A stretch of DNA of 64,000 nt from Phycisphaeraceae bacterium (GTDB lineage: Bacteria; Planctomycetota; Phycisphaerae; Phycisphaerales; Zrk34): NCBI GenBank assembly GCA_040905565.1, contig JBBDRF010000062.1, positions 36,244-100,243 on the forward strand. Direction: 5' to 3'. Shown in pieces: positions 17,926 through 27,639 of the stretch. Both the position numbers and the translations under genes were made by a program. Numbering within the stretch: the first letter of the stretch is position 1; each line of letters opens with the position of its first letter. Below the pieces are notes generated by a model that did not search any database, was not told the DNA's origin, and saw only the letters and a program-made list of their open reading frames with translations.

Positions 17926-20265
17926 TCATGCGAGGCCCATCAAACGGCGGCCGATCCACTCGCCGCTGAGCAGCAACAACAGGAGTGCGAAGGCGAGGGG
18001 CGAATGCCAAAGCGGTTCGGTGATGTCGGCTGCGGTGTGGCGTGCCCGCGAGGGCAGGATCTGAGCGAGGTCGGCGAGGTCGGCTTCGGTGAGGACGCTG
18101 CCGCCGGTGCGATCGGCGAGTTCGGCGAGCATGGCGTGATCGGTGCGCGGGTCGCGCATTTCGTCGTCGGCACGTTCGATGTGGACGTCTTGCTGGAGCG
18201 CGAGATCCTGAAGCCCGGCGCTGGTGACGGTGAGCGTTTTGTCGCCTGATGTGGTGGGGGCCCAGACGCCTCGGTAGTGGCCGTCCTGCTCGGTGGCAGT
18301 GAGGGTGAGGCGGCCTTCGGAGCGGCTGGTCTGCTGATCGCGGACGGTCACTTCCACCTGGTCCATTTCGCGCTGGAGCAGCTGCTGATCCTGTACGCGA
18401 AGCTCGACGACGAGCGTGTCGCCGGTTGACGCACGGCGGTGGGAGACAGCGAGGCGGGCGCGAGAATCTTCGCCTTCGATCTCCAGACGGCTGCGTGCGA
18501 GCATGCGGATGGTCTGGGTCCAGAATTGCTCGGGGTACAGCTCGCCGCGGCCGTAGCGCCAGCGCCAGATTTCGTCGGTGGCGACGTAAACGCTTTGGCC
18601 GGCCCCGTAGCGCATGCGGACGACGAGGGGCTCGGAGGAGTTGGCGTCGATGGCGAGTGCTTCGGCTGCGGGCTTGAGGTCGCCTAGCGACTGGGCCCAC
18701 ATCAGCGAGGGTAGATGTTCGGGCCAGGGGTTGTCTTCTTCGTCCATCTCGGGCCAGCGGAAACGCAGCACGCCGAGCGCTTCGGCGCCGGCGGTGGGGA
18801 CAAGATCTATGGGGGTGCCGAGGCTGGCCAGGGAGGGCGAGGAGGCCATGGGCAGCAGGGCACCGAGTGCGGAGGTGGCGTAGGAGTCGGGGGTGGCATC
18901 TTCGCCGCCGATCCAGAGCAGGCCCGCGCCGCGCTGGGAGACCTGCTCGAGCATGAGCTTCATCTGGTCGGAGGAGAAGAAGCTGGCGGGGACGTCGCCG
19001 ATGATGATGACGTCGTAGTCTTCGATTTCTTCCTCGGTCTGCGGGAGCCTACGCAGGGGGACGTCGCCTTCCTGGGCGAACTCGCGGTCGGCGCTGACGA
19101 GCATGATGCTGCTCTCGATGCTTTCTTCGCGCACGACGGTGTTTTTAAGGTAGCGGTATTCCCAGCGGGGGTAGCCTTCGACGTAGAGCAGGCGGATGGG
19201 ACGATCGACGAGCGTCATCTCGAGCGTCTGCTGATTGTTGTCGTCGATGAGATCGGCTGTGGTGCTTTGCAGGTGCACTTCCCAGTCGACCTCGCCGGCA
19301 GCTTCGGGACTGGTGGCCAGTTGGACGGGTTCGCCGAAGCGGGTGACGGCGACTTCATCGAGCACTTCACCGGTGGCGCGATCGATCAGTTGCAGTCGGG
19401 TGCCTTCGGGTGCGTCCGCCCCGGCGGCGTCGGTGGGCATCTGCGTGACGGTGACGTGGACGGGGACGACGTCGTCGACGAACGCCCGGTCCGGCGCGTC
19501 GACGCGTGCAATGCTGAGGTCCATCGGCGGGTTCTCAGCACCGAGCGCGACGACGTAGGCGGGCACGCCGAGCTGTTCGAGGAGGCGCCAGGTGGCGGCC
19601 CCGACGGGTTCGCTGCTGCGGCCGTCGGACCAGATGACGACGCCGCTGATGGGCTTGCCGGCACTGCGGCGGAGGCTCTCGCGGATGGCGGTGGCCATGG
19701 CGGTGGTGGGGCGGTCGGGGGCCTCGAGGGTTTCGGGGCCGCCGAGTTCGGTGATGGCGTCGCCGAAGCCGAGCCATTGGACGCGTCGGCGTTGGTTGAG
19801 TTCGCCCCAGACATCGACGTTGTCGTTGAGGATGCGGCTGAGTTGCTGTTCGCGTGAGGTGCGGTCATCGTCGCCTGCGGAGTCGGGCACGTCGCGCAGT
19901 TGCATGGAGCCGCTGCGGTCGACGAGCATGAGAACGTGATCGGGTTCGATCGTCTCGCGCGGGAGGACGAGCATCGGCCGGGCGAGGAGCAGGGCGAGTG
20001 TCATGAGCGCCAGGACGCGGACGCCTGTAAGGATGATGCGACCTTGACGCAGGCCGAGCATGCGGCGGTAGCCCATCCACGTGGCGGTAATGATTGCAGC
20101 GATGACGAGGAGCCAGACCCAGCCTGGCAGCGGGTATTGCCAGCTGAGTTCGACGGTCGGATCGGTCGGGTCGATCTGTCGCAGGCCCAGCAGCCACGCG
20201 AGCCAGCCTTCGGCCTGGGCGAGCGTGTTGGTGAACCCGGTGAAGTCGGCTGTTTCGATACTCAT
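17926..20265 (-). CDS. Membrane protein with vWA and glutamine-amidotransferase-like domains
   Basis: MIDAS-like VDRSGSM and WSDG, plus LLYVEGYPRWEYRYLK, YDVIIIGDV and EIWRWR. TM helices at both ends. Confidence 0.8.
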   Translation of the reverse strand: MSIETADFTGFTNTLAQAEGWLAWLLGLRQIDPTDPTVELSWQYPLPGWVWLLVIAAIITATWMGYRRMLGLRQGRIILTGVRVLALMTLALLLARPMLVLPRETIEPDHVLMLVDRSGSMQLRDVPDSAGDDDRTSREQQLSRILNDNVDVWGELNQRRRVQWLGFGDAITELGGPETLEAPDRPTTAMATAIRESLRRSAGKPISGVVIWSDGRSSEPVGAATWRLLEQLGVPAYVVALGAENPPMDLSIARVDAPDRAFVDDVVPVHVTVTQMPTDAAGADAPEGTRLQLIDRATGEVLDEVAVTRFGEPVQLATSPEAAGEVDWEVHLQSTTADLIDDNNQQTLEMTLVDRPIRLLYVEGYPRWEYRYLKNTVVREESIESSIMLVSADREFAQEGDVPLRRLPQTEEEIEDYDVIIIGDVPASFFSSDQMKLMLEQVSQRGAGLLWIGGEDATPDSYATSALGALLPMASSPSLASLGTPIDLVPTAGAEALGVLRFRWPEMDEEDNPWPEHLPSLMWAQSLGDLKPAAEALAIDANSSEPLVVRMRYGAGQSVYVATDEIWRWRYGRGELYPEQFWTQTIRMLARSRLEIEGEDSRARLAVSHRRASTGDTLVVELRVQDQQLLQREMDQVEVTVRDQQTSRSEGRLTLTATEQDGHYRGVWAPTTSGDKTLTVTSAGLQDLALQQDVHIERADDEMRDPRTDHAMLAELADRTGGSVLTEADLADLAQILPSRARHTAADITEPLWHSPLAFALLLLLLSGEWIGRRLMGLA

Positions 20266-22553
20266 GCCGGCTGCCTCGTTCCGCCTATCGCGGTGATATC
20301 CATACTCCGCCGCACATCCGAAGCATGCGACACGTAGCGCGCCAGCGTCATCTCGATCAGCGCCAGCACGGCGACGATCCAGAGCAGGGGCCAGCTGAGA
20401 TCGGCGCGATTGGCGTCGGCGCCAAGCGTGGCGACGCCCTCGGTTTGTTCAATCACCTGCCATTCGCCGAGTTCGCTGAGCCATGCGTCGAGGGCGTCAC
20501 GCTCGATGGCGCGGGTGTTGGCCGCTGCCGAGTTGACGTTCACGACGACCGCATCGGTGGCGGCTTGATAGACGCCGGGCAGCGCCATCGGGCGAATCGG
20601 CATCACGCCGGCCGACTGTTGGCCCGCGGCTTGCGGCGTTTCGCCGGCTTCGGTGCCGGGGTCGGCTGCTTCGACGAGAAGGAGTTCGACATCGTCGGGA
20701 CCGATCATCCGGCCGGCGCGCGCCCAGTTGCCGCTGAGGATGGGGCGGTCGCCCGGTTCGAACGCATCCTCAGGCTGAAGGCGATCGATGCCCGCCCGCA
20801 GCACTTCGTGAATCAAGGGGACGAACAGCGGCTTGGTCGGCAGGTTCGTCCATTCTGAATCGAGGGCGGTGGCGAGTAGGAGGACCCGGCCCTGGCCGTC
20901 TTCGCTGGTGGCGCCGATGAGAAGCGGTTCGCCGCCGGTGCCGCGTAGCAGGATTTCCGTGCCGCCGCCGAGCGAGTCGGGGTCGATGGCGAGGCGTTGA
21001 TAGACCTCGACGGGGCGTAACAGGTCGGTGAGATCGGCGCTAAGACGTGCGAGTTCGACCGAGTCAGCGCCTGCGTCGGGATCTAGCCGTAACGGCGTTT
21101 CGTGGACGACGGGGTCGGTATCGATGGCCCAGCCGAGGCCGAGCGCATCGCTGAGGCGCTGGGGCCAGAGGGCGGCGGTGGGCTCGGCGGGCGGGGCGAA
21201 CCAGGCGAGGCCGCCTTGGCGGATCCAGTCGATCAGTTCGTCCCATGCTGCATCATCGAGAAGGTCGGGGCGGATGACGTAGACGGCGTCGACGCTTCGC
21301 AGATCGTCCTCGCCGCCGCCCATGGTGGCTGCGTCCTGCTCACGAATTTCGATGGGCCAGCCGAGCTGATCGCCGACCGGCGCGAGGACGGTGCGGAGCC
21401 ATCGCTGCGGCCCGAAGCCTTGACGGTCGGCATCACGCCGGCCGAGCACGAGCACGTTCAACTGATCGCGCGCCTGGATCAGCGACCAGCGCTGATTGTC
21501 GACGGGCAGCGCATCGTCCTGCCCGGCGGCGGGCTCGATGGAACCCTTCACCGCGAGCAGCCCGTCGACGCCTCGCGCCAACGGCGTGTCGATGCGAAGT
21601 TCAGCCTCGTCCTGACCCTGTTCCCAGCTGACCTCCCGGCGGATCGGGGCGGCGTCGGGCACCTCCAGTCGTACGAGGCTGGTGGCCGGTCCGAGCTGAT
21701 CGGCTGAGGCGAATCGCTTCAGGCCGACCGTCCACGTCACGTTGATCTGCGAATCGGTGCCCTCGGCGACGACGAGCCTTCTGTCCGGGCGAAGCTGCGA
21801 GAGATTCACGTTGATCGCCCCTTCCGCTGGCTCGCTCATCAACAGCGTCGCCATCTGCCCGATGCCCATCACCTCCGCGGGCAACCCTTCTTCGAGTGAA
21901 ATCGCCCCGGCGGAGAAATCGCTGAGCACGACGACGTACGCATGCTCCGGCTGAGCGTCGCTGTCGGAGAGGGCACGCATGGCCAGTTGCAGCGCGCCGC
22001 TGAGTTCGGCAGCCCCGGCGGACGCTTCAACCATTTCAACCTGTCGCCGGACGCTCATGGGATCGGCAGCTGCGGGCGAGACGACGGCTTCGCTCGGCTT
22101 GGCCACCGTGACCAGCGCGACCTGATCGGTCGGCTGCAGGCCTTCAAGCAGGGCGACGGCCTCAGCTTTGAGTTTTTCGAATCGTTTGACGCCGTCGGCG
22201 TCGGTGGCCTGGCTGGTGATGGCGTTGTCGAGCACGAGGACGACGGTGCGCTGCGCCCCGCCGAACGCGCCGAGGCCGCCGAGCGCTGCGAAGACCGGGC
22301 CGGCCAGTGCAAGACCGAGCAGCAACAGCAGCAGGCACCGCGTGGCGAGCAGAATCCACTGCTCAAGTCGGGTCCGCATGCGGTGACGCTGATAGGCGGC
22401 AAGGAGGAACTTCATGGCGGCCCAGGGCTGAGGGCGGCGGGGCCGTTTGGAAAGGATGTGGATGAGGATCGGCACGGAGACCGCTGCGGCGCCCGCAATG
22501 GCGAGGCCCGGGACCACGAACGACGGGATCACCTGTGCCAACACGTTCACCAT
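20262..22553 (-). CDS. BatA-domain/vWA membrane protein
   Basis: PILIHIL...WAAMKFL BatA N-terminus and vWA-like VLVLDNAITS ... VVLSDF. Confidence 0.85.
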   Translation of the reverse strand: MVNVLAQVIPSFVVPGLAIAGAAAVSVPILIHILSKRPRRPQPWAAMKFLLAAYQRHRMRTRLEQWILLATRCLLLLLLGLALAGPVFAALGGLGAFGGAQRTVVLVLDNAITSQATDADGVKRFEKLKAEAVALLEGLQPTDQVALVTVAKPSEAVVSPAAADPMSVRRQVEMVEASAGAAELSGALQLAMRALSDSDAQPEHAYVVVLSDFSAGAISLEEGLPAEVMGIGQMATLLMSEPAEGAINVNLSQLRPDRRLVVAEGTDSQINVTWTVGLKRFASADQLGPATSLVRLEVPDAAPIRREVSWEQGQDEAELRIDTPLARGVDGLLAVKGSIEPAAGQDDALPVDNQRWSLIQARDQLNVLVLGRRDADRQGFGPQRWLRTVLAPVGDQLGWPIEIREQDAATMGGGEDDLRSVDAVYVIRPDLLDDAAWDELIDWIRQGGLAWFAPPAEPTAALWPQRLSDALGLGWAIDTDPVVHETPLRLDPDAGADSVELARLSADLTDLLRPVEVYQRLAIDPDSLGGGTEILLRGTGGEPLLIGATSEDGQGRVLLLATALDSEWTNLPTKPLFVPLIHEVLRAGIDRLQPEDAFEPGDRPILSGNWARAGRMIGPDDVELLLVEAADPGTEAGETPQAAGQQSAGVMPIRPMALPGVYQAATDAVVVNVNSAAANTRAIERDALDAWLSELGEWQVIEQTEGVATLGADANRADLSWPLLWIVAVLALIEMTLARYVSHASDVRRSMDITAIGGTRQPA

Positions 22554-22617
22554 TAGGCATGCATCCTCGAAAGGCGGGAATCATCTAAGCCGCGTCGCCG
22601 GACTGCGGACGGTAGGG

Positions 22618-23562
22618 TCATCGGGTGTGCTTGAGTCTCGCCGCTCGCCGCGCCAGGAAGTGGCTCAACGGCGGGCCGACGTCTTTGCTGGTATCGATCA
22701 GTTCGTGGTCGAAGTGGAACCGCCTGGCCTGCTGACGCACCGCGTGCACGTGGTCGTGCATTTCCTTGAGGTACGCTTCACGGAGGGCCTTGGGATCCAC
22801 GTCGAGTCTGCCTTCGTTCTCCAGGCCCATGAGGCGCTGGGCGTCGCGGAAGGGGAAGGTCATTTCGGTATGGTCGAGTGTCTGCAGGAGCATGACGTCG
22901 TGCCGGCGGTGGAACATGCGCGCCAGACCCGCGCCGAGCGAGGAGACATCGTCAAAGAGATCACTGAGGACGACGATGAGCGACCGCTGTTGCAGCTTCG
23001 CGAGTACCTGCTCAAAAACGCGTCCGGTTTCGGTGGGCTTATCCACCGGCTGCGTGCTGAGTGCGTTCACGATGCTGCGCCACTGGCCGCGGGAGTTGGA
23101 GGGCTTGACCATATTAAGGATGCCGTCGGCGAAGACGATGAGCCCCGCGCGATCCTGCTGTTGCAGGGCAAGGTAGCTCATGGCGGCGGCGACGCTGGTG
23201 GCGTGATCAAATTTACGCCAGACCTTGGCGTTGCGGCCCTCGCCGAGCTTCGAGCCGTACTGCATGGAACCGGAGGCATCGACGAGCAGCAGCAGGTCGA
23301 GGTTCGTCTCCTGCTGATATTGTTTGATGTAGAGCTTGTCCGTTCGGCCGAAGACCTTCCAGTCCATTCGGCGCAGATCGTCACCGGTGCTGTAGGGCCG
23401 ATGCTGAGCGAACTCGACGCTGTAGCCGAAGTAGGGTGAGCGGTGCATGCCCGTCATCACGCCTTCGACCACGTGTCGCGCCCGCAGCTCGATGCCCTCC
23501 ATCTGTACCAGTGTTTCGGGCCGCAGGTAATCTGCGACGTTCGGAGTTTGGGCAGTGCTCAT
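22618..23562 (-). CDS. DUF58 family protein
   Basis: GMHRSPYFGYSVEFAQHRPYSTGDDLRRMDWK, VDASGSM and VLSDLF. Confidence 0.95.
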   Translation of the reverse strand: MSTAQTPNVADYLRPETLVQMEGIELRARHVVEGVMTGMHRSPYFGYSVEFAQHRPYSTGDDLRRMDWKVFGRTDKLYIKQYQQETNLDLLLLVDASGSMQYGSKLGEGRNAKVWRKFDHATSVAAAMSYLALQQQDRAGLIVFADGILNMVKPSNSRGQWRSIVNALSTQPVDKPTETGRVFEQVLAKLQQRSLIVVLSDLFDDVSSLGAGLARMFHRRHDVMLLQTLDHTEMTFPFRDAQRLMGLENEGRLDVDPKALREAYLKEMHDHVHAVRQQARRFHFDHELIDTSKDVGPPLSHFLARRAARLKHTR

Positions 23563-23699
23563 GACGTATCAGTGTAGCTTCGCCCCATGCTCAATGCACC
23601 CGGAATATAAACTCCATCGCACCCGGGGTGAAGTGCGGGTGGACAAATACCCCTGTGCGCGAATCTAATGCGTTTCTGATACAAACTGAAAGGTAAGCT

Positions 23700-23984
23700 G
23701 TGAAGAAGCTGAGCGACGAAGAAATTCAGAACGCGCTGCGGAAATTGCCCGGCTGGTCGGTCGAGGAGGGCAAGCTGCATCGCGAGTTCGCGTTCGCGGA
23801 CTTCGTTCAGGCGTTCGGATTCATGACGCGGGTGGCGCTGGTCGCCGAGTCGATGAACCACCATCCCGAGTGGTTCAACGTTTTCAAAATGGTCGACGTT
23901 CACCTGGCCACGCACGACGCAGGCGGCATCACGCAGCTGGATCTCGACCTCGCTGGCCATATGAATCGTCTGGCGGAGCAGTAA
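23700..23984 (+). CDS. phhB: Pterin-4-alpha-carbinolamine dehydratase
   Basis: AESMNHHPEW and THDAGGITQLD motifs. Confidence 0.95.
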   Translation: MKKLSDEEIQNALRKLPGWSVEEGKLHREFAFADFVQAFGFMTRVALVAESMNHHPEWFNVFKMVDVHLATHDAGGITQLDLDLAGHMNRLAEQ

Positions 23985-24042
23985 GAATGGCGCGTGGCAC
24001 TGGTGGCTTGTCCACCAGTGTTGCGGGGACGAAGTCGTCCGC

Positions 24043-24678
24043 TTACATCTCGTCTTCGATCCAGTCGATGAGCCACGCGGCGAAACGGCTTTTCTCCATC
24101 TTGCCGGGCACGTGCGACTCGCCGTCGGCGGTGAGCAGGGTGGCGTCGATGTCGGAAGCGCCCATCGTGGGCAGGGGATTGGCGACGATCGCGCTCAGGT
24201 GCTTACGCTGGAGCTTGTCTTTGGCGCGTTCGACAAGGTTGCCGTCCTGCTCCAGCGCAAAGCCGACGATGAGTTGGTCCGACCGCTTCCGCTCGCCGCA
24301 GGCAGCGACGAGGTCGGGGACGGGTTCAAGCTCCAACATCATTGATCGCGTTTCTCGGGTGAGCTTCTCAAAGGAGATGGCGGCGGGGCGGTAGTCGGCC
24401 ACGGCGGCGGCCATCACCAGCACATCGCAAATCGAGAAGTAGCGATCCAGCAGTTGCTCAAGCTCATTGCTGGTTTCGAAGCGGACGGTCTTCACGCCCG
24501 GCGGCGGGTTGATCGGCGTGGGGCCCAGCAGAAGCGTCACGGCCCAGCCTGCGTCGGCGGCGGCTTCGGCGATGGCCGCGCCGGTCTTGCCGGTTGAGCG
24601 GTTGGCGAGGTAACGGACCGGGTCGATCGGCTCGTAGGTCGGGCCGGCGGTGACGAGCATTTTTCCAAGGTGAGCCAT
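24043..24678 (-). CDS. coaB: Phosphopantothenate-cysteine ligase (stand-alone CoaB domain)
   Basis: LVTAGPTYEPIDPVRYLANRSTG, MAAAVADY and VGFALE. No CoaC domain fused. Confidence 0.9.
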   Translation of the reverse strand: MAHLGKMLVTAGPTYEPIDPVRYLANRSTGKTGAAIAEAAADAGWAVTLLLGPTPINPPPGVKTVRFETSNELEQLLDRYFSICDVLVMAAAVADYRPAAISFEKLTRETRSMMLELEPVPDLVAACGERKRSDQLIVGFALEQDGNLVERAKDKLQRKHLSAIVANPLPTMGASDIDATLLTADGESHVPGKMEKSRFAAWLIDWIEDEM

Positions 24679-24830
24679 GCGAATGATTTTCCGAAATTAT
24701 CAAAAACGCGATAAAACCTGTGCAACTTCCTCCCGACGGTGAGGGTATCATACGATAAATGAAGTGTGACTGGTGAGGCTGCGTTGTCGGTGGCTCATCA
24801 AAAAGTTTAAGTGACTCGCAGGAGATTTCG

Positions 24831-26543
24831 ATGCAACGTTTTTGCCGCCCTGATTTATTGTTTGTGATGACATTGGTGCTGGCGTTCAGCGCGGCGCCGG
24901 TTCGCGCTGATCTTCCCGACGTGCTGGAGCATGTGCCCGCCGATGCGCCCGTCGCCGTTGTGGCGCCGTCGCTGGCGCAGGTCGGGCAGAAGCTGGCGAT
25001 GCTGAATCAGAGGTTGGGGTTGAATCAGCCGATGCTGGCGGACCCGATCAGCTTCGCCCAAGCTTCGCTGCAGATGCACGAAGGGGTGGATCTGGGACGT
25101 GGGGCGGTGTTTATGATGCTGAGCATGCCGAACCCGGAGCAGCCGGGCGCGGAGCCGGACTTGGGCATGCTGATTCCCGTGACCGATTACAACGCCTTCC
25201 TCGGGAACTTCGAGGCCCAAGGCGCAGGCGATGTGCGTGAGATCACGCTGATGGGTGAGCCTTCATACGTCACGCAGGTCGGTCGGTACGCGCTGATCGG
25301 CAGCAGCGAGAATGCGGCAGCGAATTACGAATCGCCTGGCGAAGACGCGGCCCTGCGGACGCGGCTTGGTGCGGTCGGCCTTGAGGCCATGGAAGGCTCG
25401 GACCTGATGGTTCTGGTCGACATGGAAAAGCTCGGCCCCTTGATGATGCAGGGCATGATGCAGGGCATGATGATGGCGCCGGAGTTCAACGAGCCGGAAG
25501 TGGCGGCGGTGATGCAGTTCTATTCGACCATCATGGAAAAGGTGATGCTCGACGGCAGCGGCATGGTGCTCGGCCTGCGGGTTTCGGAAGACGGGATCGC
25601 CCTCGATTCGTCGGTGCAGTTCCGCGAGGACACCGCCATGGCAGCGGCATTCGCGGAGGGCCCCGCCGAGCGGCCCCGCCTGAACCACCTGCCCGACAGC
25701 AAATACATGGTTGCCGCCACGGCTGACCTCCGCACGCTCCCGCTGGAGCAATGGCTCACCGGCCTCCGCGAAATGTTCGCTGAGGGCGACGATGAGTTCA
25801 GCACGATGATGCGGCAGGCGATTACCGACAGCAGCATCCATCACGCGAACACACAGATGCTGTTCGACCCCGGCTTCGGCATGGGCGGCAGCCTGTTCAA
25901 CGCCGTGACGGTTTCGCTGACGGATGATCCGGAAGCGGCGGTTCAGGCGTTCCGTCAGGAAGTCGTCAAGATGAATGATCTGGAACTCGCCGACGAGATG
26001 ACCTATCAGACCGATTGGCAGGAAGATGTGATGCAGATCGACGGCCACGACGTCGACCGTTACAGCATCAAGATGCAGGTCCCCCCGGAAATGATGGCCG
26101 AACTCGGCCCAGCGGCGATGTTCGTCACGCAGGACATGGGTGGCCATATCGTCACGACCGATGACGCTGTGATTGCCGGTACCGGCTCCGACACGAAGCT
26201 GCTGAAGGACACGCTGGCGCTGGATGACGGAGCCGCGAGCCTGGACGACAACGCGGGCATCGAACAGGTGCGTCAGCATCTTCCGAGCGAGCCGGCTGCG
26301 GAGATGTTCATCAACGTCGGCACCATGCTGGAGATGGCCAACGAGTTCATCATGATGTTTGATCCGGACTCGCAACTGAACGTGCCGGCGAACCTTCCGC
26401 CGGTGGCGAACGCGACGGTCATCAAAGAAGGCGGCGTGGGCGGACGACTGTTCATCCCGATGCCCGTCATCGACACGGTCCGAAGCATGGTCGAACAGTT
26501 AGCTGGCGACAGCGGCCTGCAACTCGGTGCGACCCAGCCGTGA
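24831..26543 (+). CDS. Hypothetical exported protein
   Basis: 570 aa with a signal peptide, RBS AGGAG and a downstream terminator. Confidence 0.75.
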   Translation: MQRFCRPDLLFVMTLVLAFSAAPVRADLPDVLEHVPADAPVAVVAPSLAQVGQKLAMLNQRLGLNQPMLADPISFAQASLQMHEGVDLGRGAVFMMLSMPNPEQPGAEPDLGMLIPVTDYNAFLGNFEAQGAGDVREITLMGEPSYVTQVGRYALIGSSENAAANYESPGEDAALRTRLGAVGLEAMEGSDLMVLVDMEKLGPLMMQGMMQGMMMAPEFNEPEVAAVMQFYSTIMEKVMLDGSGMVLGLRVSEDGIALDSSVQFREDTAMAAAFAEGPAERPRLNHLPDSKYMVAATADLRTLPLEQWLTGLREMFAEGDDEFSTMMRQAITDSSIHHANTQMLFDPGFGMGGSLFNAVTVSLTDDPEAAVQAFRQEVVKMNDLELADEMTYQTDWQEDVMQIDGHDVDRYSIKMQVPPEMMAELGPAAMFVTQDMGGHIVTTDDAVIAGTGSDTKLLKDTLALDDGAASLDDNAGIEQVRQHLPSEPAAEMFINVGTMLEMANEFIMMFDPDSQLNVPANLPPVANATVIKEGGVGGRLFIPMPVIDTVRSMVEQLAGDSGLQLGATQP

Positions 26544-26582
26544 AATCCTGAAGAGCAACGGCGATCCGCGATCGCTGCTAAC

Positions 26583-26614
26583 AAAAAAACCCGCCCTTTG
26601 GGGCGGGTTTTTTT
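26583..26614. terminator. Bidirectional rho-independent terminator
   Basis: AAAAAAA-CCCGCCC-TTTG-GGGCGGG-TTTTTTT between convergent genes. Confidence 0.9.
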
Positions 26615-26638
26615 ATGCGCGTGTACGTTTGGGCGGTG

Positions 26639-26917
26639 TTACGTAGGCAGTTCGTTGAGGCGGGTGATCGAGGCGACGTTGACGCGCTCGAGTTTAAGCA
26701 CCTTGTGCTTGGGGAACACGCCCCACTTCGCCGCCCGGCGGAGCCAGTCGGCGTTGGTCACGGCATCGTCGCCTTCTTCATGAACGTCCGCATCCAGGAT
26801 GATCACGTGATGGTCGTTCGCTTCGTGGCAACGACCGACGATCATCTGCTGGTGCGCCGTTTCGACGGCGACCGTGATGCCGTGCAGTTCGCCGAGATTG
26901 TCGTGAAATGTGCCCAT
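26639..26917 (-). CDS. Small hypothetical protein co-oriented with the bacilliredoxin gene
   Basis: 92-aa ORF directly downstream of the BrxA/B gene, ending just before the terminator. Confidence 0.65.
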   Translation of the reverse strand: MGTFHDNLGELHGITVAVETAHQQMIVGRCHEANDHHVIILDADVHEEGDDAVTNADWLRRAAKWGVFPKHKVLKLERVNVASITRLNELPT

Positions 26918-26939
26918 GGGGAGATTCTGGTTGTGGGGG

Positions 26940-27359
26940 TTAGGCGGTGACGGTATCGAAGATGCCGGCGAGGTCCTGCGCGATCGTCTGGGCGTCGCGG
27001 CCTTCGATGCGGTGGCGGGGGACGTAGTCGGCCAACTCGCCGTCCTTGATGATCATGATCGAGGGGCTGGAGGGCGGCGCTTCGGGGAACGCTTCGCGGA
27101 CGGCCTGGGTGGCTTCGGTATCCTGCCCAGCGAAAACGGTGGCGAGGCGGTCGGGCTTGACCTCATGCTGCAGCGCGATCGCCACGGCGGGCCTGGCGGC
27201 ACCGGCGGCACAACCACAAACAGAGTTGATCACGATCATCGCCGACCCGCTCTTCTCAGCGAGGAAGCTCTGGACGTCGTCAGCGGTTTTAAGTTCCTGC
27301 ACGCCGAGGCGGACGAGTTCCTCACGCATCGGGGTGACCATCAATTCGGGATAAGGCAT
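26940..27359 (-). CDS. BrxA/BrxB family bacilliredoxin
   Basis: YPELMVTPMREEL, NSVCGCAAGAARP, TVFAGQD, PPSSPS and PRHRIEGR. Confidence 0.92.
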   Translation of the reverse strand: MPYPELMVTPMREELVRLGVQELKTADDVQSFLAEKSGSAMIVINSVCGCAAGAARPAVAIALQHEVKPDRLATVFAGQDTEATQAVREAFPEAPPSSPSIMIIKDGELADYVPRHRIEGRDAQTIAQDLAGIFDTVTA

Positions 27360-27639
27360 GGAAGCGTCTCCACAGTCGGGGGGACGGGGGTGTCAGTGCA
27401 ACTTCAATCGATCGTCCCATCGTAGTGACGGGGCGGTGCTTTTTCCAATCGCGTGTCGACGTGTGCGCATCTGGACGGAACGGGTGCCGTCCGCGGCGCG
27501 GAAAACTTCAGATTTTTGATGTTCGGTGTCTGGAAGGCTTTGCAGCAGCGGGACCGGCTCCGGAGTCAGCGTGGTGCGCATCGGCCAGGCACCACAGCCA
27601 AAGGTGAGAGAGCAGTCAACCCGAGGCGAGGCCAAGACC

